This document shows positions 55,965 to 63,875 of a DNA stretch of 64,000 nucleotides, one piece after another. The DNA comes from a virus. The notes beneath the pieces were generated by a model. The model was not told where the DNA came from, did no database searches, and saw only the letters and a program-made list of their open reading frames with translations. The translations under genes and the position numbers were made by a program. The stretch is taken from the IMG/VR virus record IMGVR_UViG_3300045988_110023, positions 26,739 to 90,738 of that record, one strand, 5' to 3'. The stretch's first letter is position 1. Each line of letters begins with the position of its first letter.

Positions 55965-55989
55965 AATTCTTAAATATTGGTTAATGGGA

Positions 55990-57318
55990 GTGCGCTCAGA
56001 GAATCTGTTGCGTAACTATAAGGTCTTGATTAATACTGTATCTAAGTCCTGACAGATCCAGGTAACCACCTGGATCTTCAGGATGATTGATACCGTATTG
56101 TACAATCTATTCTCCTTGCGCACAATTCGGCTCGCAATAACCTAGTCTGACTCAACCTGATACGTTGCATTGCTTTAAGTTTTTGATTAAGGGCGTGGCA
56201 TTGTTATGAAGCCAACCTCAGGAAGCGTACGCTTCCCCATCCTTGGCTTCAGAATCAATGAAACGCTCGATGAACTCTCAGAACTTGCCAGACATCGCTG
56301 CAATGCGCATGACTTATCTCATGTATTATGTTGCATGGATATATGTTCTTGATTCGATCCCGTGTTTGGATACCTGCGCCTGCGGGGATAACGGCAGGCG
56401 GCAGGTATACCACTCACGTGATATTAAACCTCATACTCTTGATAAGTCGTGATGCAATTCACTTTTGGTTGTTGTAGGTACACTCATAGGTCTGTTGTCT
56501 TACTATAGGCTGATGATTTAACCCGCTTGCCGATACGCGAGATTGCTGGTATTACCAGACATATCGCGTTGATACAAGGCGGGTTGAATAAACCGATACC
56601 TCCTCGTGTACCTCGTTTGGCAATAACGTTGTCTTTATCTGAGAGCGTGGCACGTAGCTATAGCAGCTTGATTCGAGGGCTGTTGTAAGCCGCCGGAGTA
56701 CCCGGATAGTGTTCCGGGGAGGCCGGCGGCATGTAAACAGCACTCATAAATTCACTCTCCTCTAAAGACTACCCTCGTGCTAGGGTGATTCCCTGACCGA
56801 TGGCTCGGCACAATACTTTATGTTTCTGATTTGACACAGGATTCGCCAGAATAGGTGATCCAGGACAATGCGCCTACTGCGCAGCCGTCCAGGATCAACT
56901 ACTCTGGTTAAGAGACCTGTTGCATAAACTTCAGCCATCCGTCAGGGAGTGGTGGTGTGCGCCACCGGTGGTGGTCATACGGAATGTCACATTTCTGTAC
57001 TTCGTTGATGAGCTACGCCTTGTGCGTCATACGAGGGGCCCGAGGTGTCTCAAGTTGCAAACTTGGATAACTCGGTCCCCTCAGATGATGTTATAGAGGC
57101 GTCGCCTGAATCTGTCCGTCCTTCTCCCACGTCCGTGTGCTCGGTTACAGAGTCTGCCGGTCAGAAGATACTGCGCATAGCTATATCAGATTGATAATAT
57201 CCGGTTTAGGACGAGCGTAGGACCCATCTCATTGAGATGAGGTCCATGCACTCCGCAACCGGGATATTTAAAACCTTGTGTCTTCATTCCGGCAAAATCC
57301 TTGCGCTAGGATGCTCGT
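55990..57318. ncRNA. Candidate large structured non-coding RNA (or structured DNA) immediately 3' of the reverse transcriptase gene
   Basis: 1.33 kb with no ORF above 69 codons in six frames. It sits in an array where spacers are otherwise about 45-70 nt. It is visibly G+C-richer and holds at least 9 long, near-perfect stem-loops (see findings). The strand is not determinable from the stems because they are almost all Watson-Crick. Confidence 0.45.
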
Positions 57319-58584
57319 CTACAGAGTATTCACCAATGTGTTGTACGCTGCCCTGCTCGTTCGCAAGGCATTCTGAGCACAACCTATCGATAGATACCCC
57401 TTGATTTCGCTCTCTGTCTTACTCCTGTTGGCTTTCACGTTCCTTCCACGACCTCGGTCTATGCAACCTACAGCCTGAGTCTTCACGTATCCGAGACCAC
57501 CGACCTTTCTCTTGCCTGTCTTGACCGCACGGATGCAGTCCATGACGAAGGTGTTGAGCTTGTCGATGTCCTCTTTCACGTTTATGACTGGAAGAACCTG
57601 AGTAGACCAGGAATAATCGCAGTACCCCTTGTAGAGATACCTGTTTACTGCATTGATGGCTTTCGTCATCGTGGTGTCACGTTTCTTTATCGTCCTCTTC
57701 TCAATCTCCTTCTGAAAGGTCTTGATGCGTGTGGACGACAGAGAGATATTGTGACCCTTGATGGAATATCCCAAGAACTTAAACCAGTGATTAGCATCAA
57801 GATACTCAACCTTCTTCGGATTGAGCGTCATCTGCATCATCTCCAGCTCGCTCTTCATGATATCCATGGCTTTCTCATAGTCTTCACCGACAAACAGCGT
57901 ATCATCTGAATAGCGGACGTAATATCCGTTAAGCTTAGATAGCTTGTCGTCAAGATGATAGAGAATGACATCAGCCAGCCATGCAGCAACAGAACATCCC
58001 TGCTTGAGGGACTGATACTTCTCACAGAGGTTATTGTCCTCATCGAAATAGATATCCGTGTGATAGTAGTCACGAATGACATCTATCAGCGCAGACTTTC
58101 CGTACTTCTCCTCTACCTTGTCGAATGCCCAGTCGATGAACCGAATAGGCACGGAATCAAAGTACTTGGAGAAGTCACCTTTCCATCCGATGATTTTACC
58201 ATCTGCCGAGTATATTATCCGAGAAACATCTTGCACCACACGACCGCAGCCGATACCCTTTTGGTATGACGTACAGCGTGGATGCACCATCTCTGGCATC
58301 AGCTCGAACAAGAGGTCGTTTGCTATGCTCAAGAGGATTCTGTCTACAGGTTCATTCACATAGACCGTACGGAAATCTCCGTTGTCTTTCGGAATCTTGG
58401 CTGTATGAGGCGGCATTATCTTGTAATTTCCGCTCTTGATCCTCTGATACATGGCCAGACGAGCCTCAGGTGTTGTAAGCTGATACATTACTGCTTTGTT
58501 CATGTCCTTGAATAAGCCTTTCTCGATAGCATACTGCCATCTGGCTTTCTCGAAGAACATCTCTAGGATTCTGTCTTCATTCAT
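57319..58584 (-). CDS. Reverse transcriptase (stand-alone, class undetermined)
   Basis: RT motifs 1-7: KIPKDNGDFRTVYV, SYQKGIGCGR, GWKGDFSKYFDSVP, SLKQGCSVAAWLADVILY, YVRYSDDTLFVG (YxDD), LNPKKVEYL, FKFLGYSI. A basic C-terminal extension of about 90 aa follows. Confidence 0.9.
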   Translation of the reverse strand: MNEDRILEMFFEKARWQYAIEKGLFKDMNKAVMYQLTTPEARLAMYQRIKSGNYKIMPPHTAKIPKDNGDFRTVYVNEPVDRILLSIANDLLFELMPEMVHPRCTSYQKGIGCGRVVQDVSRIIYSADGKIIGWKGDFSKYFDSVPIRFIDWAFDKVEEKYGKSALIDVIRDYYHTDIYFDEDNNLCEKYQSLKQGCSVAAWLADVILYHLDDKLSKLNGYYVRYSDDTLFVGEDYEKAMDIMKSELEMMQMTLNPKKVEYLDANHWFKFLGYSIKGHNISLSSTRIKTFQKEIEKRTIKKRDTTMTKAINAVNRYLYKGYCDYSWSTQVLPVINVKEDIDKLNTFVMDCIRAVKTGKRKVGGLGYVKTQAVGCIDRGRGRNVKANRSKTESEIKGYLSIGCAQNALRTSRAAYNTLVNTL

Positions 58585-58632
58585 AATTCTTATGTTTTGG
58601 TTATTGGTAGGGAGATTACTCTCCCCATTTGG

Positions 58633-58863
58633 CTAGTCGATGTGCTGATAAACATCTCCTCCCTGCTCTTTTTCGTTGTCAGCATAAAACTCCTGATTAG
58701 AATCAAGCTCTATTTCTTCGTTTACAAAATTGCTGGAATCGAGAACGATGACAGAATCATTGTAGGCTGTTTGTACTTGTTCAAGCGCATCTTTCTCACT
58801 CTTGGCATCGACGCTGACAATCTTGTTTAAAGTCTCTGTGACTGATACGTAATATCTCTTCAT
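58633..58863 (-). CDS. Hypothetical acidic protein
   Basis: The start is placed at MKRYYVSV (58863) in the AGAATTATG context. The track ORF extends to 58986. Confidence 0.65.
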   Translation of the reverse strand: MKRYYVSVTETLNKIVSVDAKSEKDALEQVQTAYNDSVIVLDSSNFVNEEIELDSNQEFYADNEKEQGGDVYQHID

Positions 58864-58916
58864 AATTCTTAATAATTTATTGGTTAATAATGTCAGAGGG
58901 ATTGCTCCCTCCGTTT

Positions 58917-59174
58917 TTAGGCTAATGCGTCCAATACTCTGTGGGCGTTGTATGCGACAGGATTGCTGTATTTTACCCTCTCCCACTTTTTACGCTCACA
59001 AACTTTCAAGCAATACTCATGTGCTATATTCTCTGATAGTGCATCGAACGTGTCGTGTGTGACATCTGATGGTTTACCGAAATAAACTCTGTAACCATCC
59101 CTGTAGCATACTATACGTCTGCCAAGTCTGTAGATTGTTCTACTGCCTTTCTCTACAAATGTAATTCTTTCCAT
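58917..59174 (-). CDS. Hypothetical protein
   Basis: The start is placed at MERITFVEKG (59174) in the AGAATTATG context. Confidence 0.65.
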   Translation of the reverse strand: MERITFVEKGSRTIYRLGRRIVCYRDGYRVYFGKPSDVTHDTFDALSENIAHEYCLKVCERKKWERVKYSNPVAYNAHRVLDALA

Positions 59175-59221
59175 AATTCTCTGTATTTGGTTATTGGTAG
59201 GTAGCCAAATGGCTACCAATT

Positions 59222-59560
59222 TTAGGCTTCGTTCCATGCTTTCCACGCTTCATCCGTATTCTTGGTGATTGCCTCGTTCCAAAGTTTCTCCAATTTATAG
59301 AAAATCTTCTGGAAAGCCTTCGATGTTGCCTTTGGGTCAATGCGCTTGCCGAGATAAGGTCGATTACGTGTAATCGTAATTTCGTCCTCGCACCAGCAAC
59401 ACCTGATCATCCCATACTCCGTAGGAGAACAACCTAGGTAAATTCCTTTTGCGTCATAACGCTCTTTACGTAACCACTTCGGGTAAGGAACGTAAATGGT
59501 CCATGCGTCAACACAGAAACGGAACTTCTTTCTTGTGTCGTGATAAAGTTTCAATTTCAT
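59222..59560 (-). CDS. Hypothetical protein
   Basis: The start is placed at MKLKLYHD (59560), preceded by a CAACCAAAATACAAATAATTATG unit. Confidence 0.65.
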   Translation of the reverse strand: MKLKLYHDTRKKFRFCVDAWTIYVPYPKWLRKERYDAKGIYLGCSPTEYGMIRCCWCEDEITITRNRPYLGKRIDPKATSKAFQKIFYKLEKLWNEAITKNTDEAWKAWNEA

Positions 59561-59609
59561 AATTATTTGTATTTTGGTTGATAGAAGAGGAGCATGCAAG
59601 CTCCCCTTG

Positions 59610-60455
59610 TTAGGCTGCATCTTTCGTCTGTAAGCCGTGTTCTTTGATAACCTCTTCTATGAGGTCATCAGCATCTTCGAAGTACTCTCCGCAACAGGAT
59701 TCAATCTGCTCCCACTCGTAGGAATCAGAAGATTTACCGTCCTCGTACAATTTTGTATACGGGCGTTTCTTTTCTAGGACGTAACTTTTTACATCACCCC
59801 ACATCCACATACCAATATTCTTGACTTCGCTCTCAAACAGCTCGATGGCACGATTCTTCCAGTTCTTGGTATTCGTATCCACCATCTTCTTGAAGCGCTC
59901 CTTGTCGCAATAGGCATATCCTCTAACATAATCTCCCTGGCTATATCCACTGGAAGACCACTCGTAGAATGCTATATCCTTGCAGTTTTCAAGGAGATTA
60001 ATAAAATCATCTTCTTCAAGCTCTTCTGTAAGCTCATCCCTAACATCCTCGTTCTTCAGTTCGTTAGGAGTGAAATCTCTAATGTTGTACCACTCGTTCT
60101 TGCCGATGCTGAATCTTGATTTTCTTTCAAAACTCCACATGTGGCACGACTTGTCGTATTCGAGACACAGATGATCGCAATGAAACATACTATTGATATA
60201 CTTGATAATCTTCTTTTGTGGAACATACTTGCAGACAAGCTCTTTCAAGGCAGCCTCTGCATTTTCAGCGTCGACTTCACTGCTACAACCACGAGAAAGT
60301 CCCCTGTTGTATCCGTAATCAGAATAGTCCCAGAAGTAAACGCCTGCCAAATCCCATTCTGTGCAAGGGCATTCGGCATCCTCATCCTGGTAAATGGTGA
60401 TTCTGTAATCACCGATTTCCTTCTTTGCAAATTCGTAACTCATATCTAATATCAT
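59610..60455 (-). CDS. Hypothetical acidic protein
   Basis: 281 aa. ITIYQDEDAECPCTEWD...WGDVKSYVLEKK...ESCCGEYFED. An alternative start is at 60443 (MSYEF). Confidence 0.7.
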   Translation of the reverse strand: MILDMSYEFAKKEIGDYRITIYQDEDAECPCTEWDLAGVYFWDYSDYGYNRGLSRGCSSEVDAENAEAALKELVCKYVPQKKIIKYINSMFHCDHLCLEYDKSCHMWSFERKSRFSIGKNEWYNIRDFTPNELKNEDVRDELTEELEEDDFINLLENCKDIAFYEWSSSGYSQGDYVRGYAYCDKERFKKMVDTNTKNWKNRAIELFESEVKNIGMWMWGDVKSYVLEKKRPYTKLYEDGKSSDSYEWEQIESCCGEYFEDADDLIEEVIKEHGLQTKDAA

Positions 60456-60498
60456 TTAAATGGTTTAACATTGAATATCCCCATGCTAGGGGATATTG

Positions 60499-61038
60499 TT
60501 AGGCTTCCTCATAATCTTCCTCCATCATAGAGTGAATCTCTTCAAGTTCGTTCGAGAAATTGTACTTGATGTTGTACGTGCCGAACGCCTTGAAGTACCA
60601 CTCTTCAAGGTACGCTCTGTCCTCGTCAGCCTGCTCGCTGTCCTCTGCCGAATCAAGTCTGGCTACCATCTGAGGATAAAAATCGTAGTAATCGTCGCCA
60701 TCGTAGTCCGTCGCCCAGAACGTACCTGTAACGTGTCTAGGATAATCGTTGTACAGATTGGCAAAATTACCATCCATGCGCTGGTCATTAAGATGGAGAT
60801 ATTTCTTCATCTCTCTGTTTACCTTATGGGTAAACTCCCATGCAAGAGACTGGATATTCTTTCCGTACAAATCGGCAATGTATTCTTCCATGTCTTCTGC
60901 GTCATCGAAATTCTCCAGGCATTCGCGATAGAGGCCTTCGATTGTCTTGGCAAAGCTTTTTACACCGATATAATCGGCTACTTTTTCGATAACCTCACCC
61001 TTGCTGTTCATAACATATTCCCAAATATTCTTTTCCAT
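60499..61038 (-). CDS. Hypothetical strongly acidic protein
   Basis: 179 aa, D/E/Y-rich throughout. The antisense 185-aa ORF is spurious. Confidence 0.7.
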   Translation of the reverse strand: MEKNIWEYVMNSKGEVIEKVADYIGVKSFAKTIEGLYRECLENFDDAEDMEEYIADLYGKNIQSLAWEFTHKVNREMKKYLHLNDQRMDGNFANLYNDYPRHVTGTFWATDYDGDDYYDFYPQMVARLDSAEDSEQADEDRAYLEEWYFKAFGTYNIKYNFSNELEEIHSMMEEDYEEA

Positions 61039-61090
61039 AATTCATCTGTTTAATGGTTCATAATTGTTCCCCACGATGATGTGGGGAGTT

Positions 61091-61330
61091 TTAGCCACAT
61101 ATGGCAATGTCGCCATAATTTCTGTAGAAATGCTTGTATGCCTCAAGACCACTTGCAGCTTTCAAGTCTGTGACCTCTAGCTTACCGGTATCCTTGCGTA
61201 CCTCTGCAATAGAGAATGAATTGTCGTGCGTCCACTTGATGAGGTCCACACGCCTAACAGGATTCTCTACTGACTCAACGATTTTACACTTCAGTAAATC
61301 GTCATTCAGTATTTTCTCTAAATCACTCAT
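61091..61330 (-). CDS. Hypothetical protein
   Basis: The start is placed at MSDLEKIL (61330) in the AGAATTATG context. The track ORF extends to 61540 across the next intergenic unit. Confidence 0.65.
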   Translation of the reverse strand: MSDLEKILNDDLLKCKIVESVENPVRRVDLIKWTHDNSFSIAEVRKDTGKLEVTDLKAASGLEAYKHFYRNYGDIAICG

Positions 61331-61388
61331 AATTCTGTAATTTTTTGTTAATAGAAATCCCCACCCGTGAGAGTGAGGATTGGTTTGG

Positions 61389-61853
61389 CTAATCATCGAA
61401 ATCACTTTCATCCTGATCGTACCACCAGTCCTGGAATCGATTTGCAACCTCTTCCAGTGCATACTTGGCAAATGTGTCGTAGATATTTCTGCTCTCGCCC
61501 TCGTTAAAAGGAGCATACAGAGCCTTGCCGATAGCATCATAGGTGACAGATTTGTCGTCCTTGAAATTCCCGAATCCCTTAATCATCGTGATAAGGTCTT
61601 CTCCCAAATCATCGGCAAGCTCGTGCATATTCTCCATGATAGCACTCTTGTTCTCGTTCCAGAACTTGCTTGTCTGATAAGTATAACAGAATCCAGTGTA
61701 CCCGTCATTTGCATTTCTGCAACTATCGAGAGAATTCAATATCGTGTCTTCATCGACACCACCAAGCTGCTCTACTACGGCATATGCCATCTTTACGAAT
61801 GATGGATTATCATTTTCCTTGATAAACGCATCCCATACTTTCTGTATATTCAT
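61389..61853 (-). CDS. Hypothetical acidic protein
   Basis: 154 aa ending in DQDESDFDD. Confidence 0.7.
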   Translation of the reverse strand: MNIQKVWDAFIKENDNPSFVKMAYAVVEQLGGVDEDTILNSLDSCRNANDGYTGFCYTYQTSKFWNENKSAIMENMHELADDLGEDLITMIKGFGNFKDDKSVTYDAIGKALYAPFNEGESRNIYDTFAKYALEEVANRFQDWWYDQDESDFDD

Positions 61854-61913
61854 ATTTCTGTATTTTGGTTGATAATAGAAACGAGCAAGCGCACCATACG
61901 CTTACCCGTAATT

Positions 61914-62132
61914 TTAGCCGAAAACCCAGATAGCCGTAGTTCTTGCACAAATGGCATATAGCTTTCCGCTGTGACCACGGAACAGCATTCCGTTGCATCC
62001 GTACACACCGGAAGAATAGCCTACCTGACTATATTCTTCCGGGATGGCTGCACGGCTTGAACTGTGTGTTATATCCTTGGCAGCTCCTACTCTAACGAGT
62101 CTCTTCAACTCTTTCTGTGTCATTTTCTCCAT
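61914..62132 (-). CDS. Hypothetical protein
   Basis: 72-aa ORF with the standard start unit. Confidence 0.65.
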   Translation of the reverse strand: MEKMTQKELKRLVRVGAAKDITHSSSRAAIPEEYSQVGYSSGVYGCNGMLFRGHSGKLYAICARTTAIWVFG

Positions 62133-62194
62133 AATTCTTTAATTTTGATGGTTTAACATGGTTTCTGTGCAGATAGACTGCACAGAATGTTTGG

Positions 62195-62371
62195 CTAGAA
62201 CTTGCGAGGACGCATGCACGATTGCTCAATCTCCAGAGCTTTCTTGTCTGCACGCGCTACGCGTCTGAAATACTCGCTCTTGTCGAGGTTCTTGCGTCTG
62301 CACTCCTCGCTGATAACTGCCTTGTGACTCGCTACGAGCCTGGCAAGGAACTTTCTGTCTCCGTCTGTCAT
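62195..62371 (-). CDS. Small basic protein (58 aa), possibly ribbon-helix-helix-like. Not in the ORF track.
   Basis: MTDGDRKFLARLVASHKAVISEECRRKNLDKSEYFRRVARADKKALEIEQSCMRPRKF. ATG lies in the TTTGAATTATG unit and the stop in TAGCCAAAC. The listed ORFs 62226-62507 (-) and 62222-62677 (+) are in other frames. Confidence 0.55.
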   Translation of the reverse strand: MTDGDRKFLARLVASHKAVISEECRRKNLDKSEYFRRVARADKKALEIEQSCMRPRKF

Positions 62372-62430
62372 AATTCAAAATTTGATTGGTTAATAGCAGG
62401 CAGCACATTATCGTACTGCCCAGTTCTGGC

Positions 62431-62700
62431 TCAGAGATTGTACACCGGACTTTCTGAAGCACACAGAATCGTAGGACCGGTGAGGATGGAGAATGCACAA
62501 GGGTCAAAGCCCTCGATATTCTTCATGCTCTCGATTTTCTTCTGTATCTCAGCACGTATGGATGACAGACTCAATCTGCCATCGATAGGCATGACAGAAT
62601 CCATGCCCACCATTTCCACAACGCTCACCTCATCGATGAATCTCATGTTCACAAGGTCAAACTTGTTAATCTTATGATAAAATTGTACCCATTTACTCAT
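62431..62700 (-). CDS. Hypothetical protein
   Basis: 89-aa ORF with the standard start unit. Confidence 0.65.
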   Translation of the reverse strand: MSKWVQFYHKINKFDLVNMRFIDEVSVVEMVGMDSVMPIDGRLSLSSIRAEIQKKIESMKNIEGFDPCAFSILTGPTILCASESPVYNL

Positions 62701-62749
62701 AATTCTACATTTTGGTTTATAGGAGAGGGAGTTTTATCTCCCTCATTTT

Positions 62750-63034
62750 TCAGGCTGTGTACTTCTTGAGAAATTCTGCGAGCTTGTTGTATTCATCGTC
62801 AATTTCTTCCTTGTTATCCACATAAAAGAAATTTGCGGTACAGCAGTCTGTAACTTTACACGTATCATCAAAGACAGCAGCATGAGCAGACATAGATCCG
62901 GTTTCTCCGTCTAATCTGACAGTAAGGCTCACGCCTGGCAGACTCTCTGCCAAATCTCTCTGAATTTTCTGCAATTTTGGCATGATGGTAGAACGTATGT
63001 ACTCTACATTCTCCTTGTATTCTTCATCTATCAT
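62750..63034 (-). CDS. Hypothetical protein, paralogue of 63087-63377
   Basis: IMPKLQKIQRD and EYNKLAEFLKKYTA parallel ILPRLQEIQRD and EYEKLTDFIKVHSA in the neighbour. Confidence 0.7.
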   Translation of the reverse strand: MIDEEYKENVEYIRSTIMPKLQKIQRDLAESLPGVSLTVRLDGETGSMSAHAAVFDDTCKVTDCCTANFFYVDNKEEIDDEYNKLAEFLKKYTA

Positions 63035-63086
63035 AATCTATAATTTTTGGTGAATAATTGTATGCGTGACAGTTGCCACGCACATT

Positions 63087-63377
63087 TTAGGCTGAATGTA
63101 CCTTAATGAAGTCTGTGAGTTTTTCGTACTCGGACTCCAGCTTTTCTCTGTCAAGCACGCAGGAGAGATGTAGGTGTAGGTATTTGTTGACCTTACCATA
63201 CATGATGGTGTAGGCATGGCAGACGATGTATTTGCCCTCAGGATCTACGTCTACCTCCAGACCAATCTTATTCTTGCCGAATATGTCACGCTGAATCTCC
63301 TGCAATCTAGGCAGAATCTTGTTGCGCAGATATTCTCTGCTCTTCTCTTCCCATTTAGGATTCTCTAATTTCTTCAT
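63087..63377 (-). CDS. Hypothetical protein, paralogue of 62750-63034
   Basis: See 62750-63034. The upstream hairpins are also near-identical (GTGCGTGGCAACTGTCACGCA versus GTGCGTGGCGGTTGTCACGCA on the minus strand). Confidence 0.7.
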   Translation of the reverse strand: MKKLENPKWEEKSREYLRNKILPRLQEIQRDIFGKNKIGLEVDVDPEGKYIVCHAYTIMYGKVNKYLHLHLSCVLDREKLESEYEKLTDFIKVHSA

Positions 63378-63425
63378 AATCTAAAATATTGGTGAATAGT
63401 ATGCGTGACAACCGCCACGCACATT

Positions 63426-63602
63426 TCAGCTCATGCACAGCACCGCTATCTCAGAGAAGCTCTTGGAGATAGCTTTCTTGCTACGATAATCTCTGTAGCC
63501 CTTAGTATTGTTGCTATGCCACTGGCGCGCTGCTATCTTGATCTTCTCCATCTCATGCATAAGCGCACGCTCAAAATTCTTCTGTGATTTTCTGTCTAAC
63601 AT
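63426..63602 (-). CDS. Small basic protein (58 aa), not in the ORF track
   Basis: MLDRKSQKNFERALMHEMEKIKIAARQWHSNNTKGYRDYRSKKAISKSFSEIAVLCMS. ATG lies in the AGAATTATG unit. Confidence 0.5.
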   Translation of the reverse strand: MLDRKSQKNFERALMHEMEKIKIAARQWHSNNTKGYRDYRSKKAISKSFSEIAVLCMS

Positions 63603-63665
63603 AATTCTGTAATTTAATTGGTTAATACTGGATACCGCCCGAATATCTCCAAGCGGTAGTTTTGG

Positions 63666-63875
63666 CTAGTCACAGATATCCTCTATCTGCTGCTGGATGG
63701 CATCTATCATCACACTGATGATAAACAGACCGCACATTTCAAGAACCGCAGAATATAAAACGGCTTGAAAATCTCCAAGCACAAATCCTACGATGGCAAT
63801 AAAACCACACACGAAACTTGTAACTAATACGAGCGCAGCAGATAGAACGCCCTTTCTTACGATATACTTTTCCAT
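63666..63875 (-). CDS. Small membrane protein
   Basis: 69 aa with two TM helices. Standard start and stop units. Confidence 0.65.
   Translation of the reverse strand: MEKYIVRKGVLSAALVLVTSFVCGFIAIVGFVLGDFQAVLYSAVLEMCGLFIISVMIDAIQQQIEDICD

Noticed and set aside
56243-56743. ORFs 56243-56452 (+) and 56552-56743 (-) inside the structured segment
   Set aside because: They are short (69 and 63 aa) and Arg/Cys/Pro-rich as expected from GC-rich random sequence. They cross strong stems and have no array-type start unit.
55965-58632. Group II intron interpretation of the RT plus structured region
   Set aside because: Only 48 nt lie between the RT start and the upstream gene, so there is no room for domains I-III. 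I found no GUGYG 5' end and no domain V consensus (GAGCCGUAU...ACGUACGGUUC) on the minus strand. The closest match, GAGCCGAAT...ATACGGTATC at about 56100-56140, has a 26-nt insert, far too long for domain V. A covariance-model search should still be run.
55965-58632. Diversity-generating retroelement (DGR) or retron
   Set aside because: I could see no accessory Avd-like gene and no template or variable repeat pair. The RT motif 4 lacks the DGR-type ...SQ signature. Retron msr/msd elements are about 150-250 nt and normally 5' of the RT, where there is no space here. A repeat pair with adenine-specific mismatches cannot be excluded by eye and needs a computational self-comparison.
60496-61053. 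185-aa plus-strand ORF antisense to 60499-61038
   Set aside because: It mirrors a strongly acidic minus-strand gene that has the array's start and stop units. Its own sequence is Ile/Val/Leu/Phe-rich with no start context.
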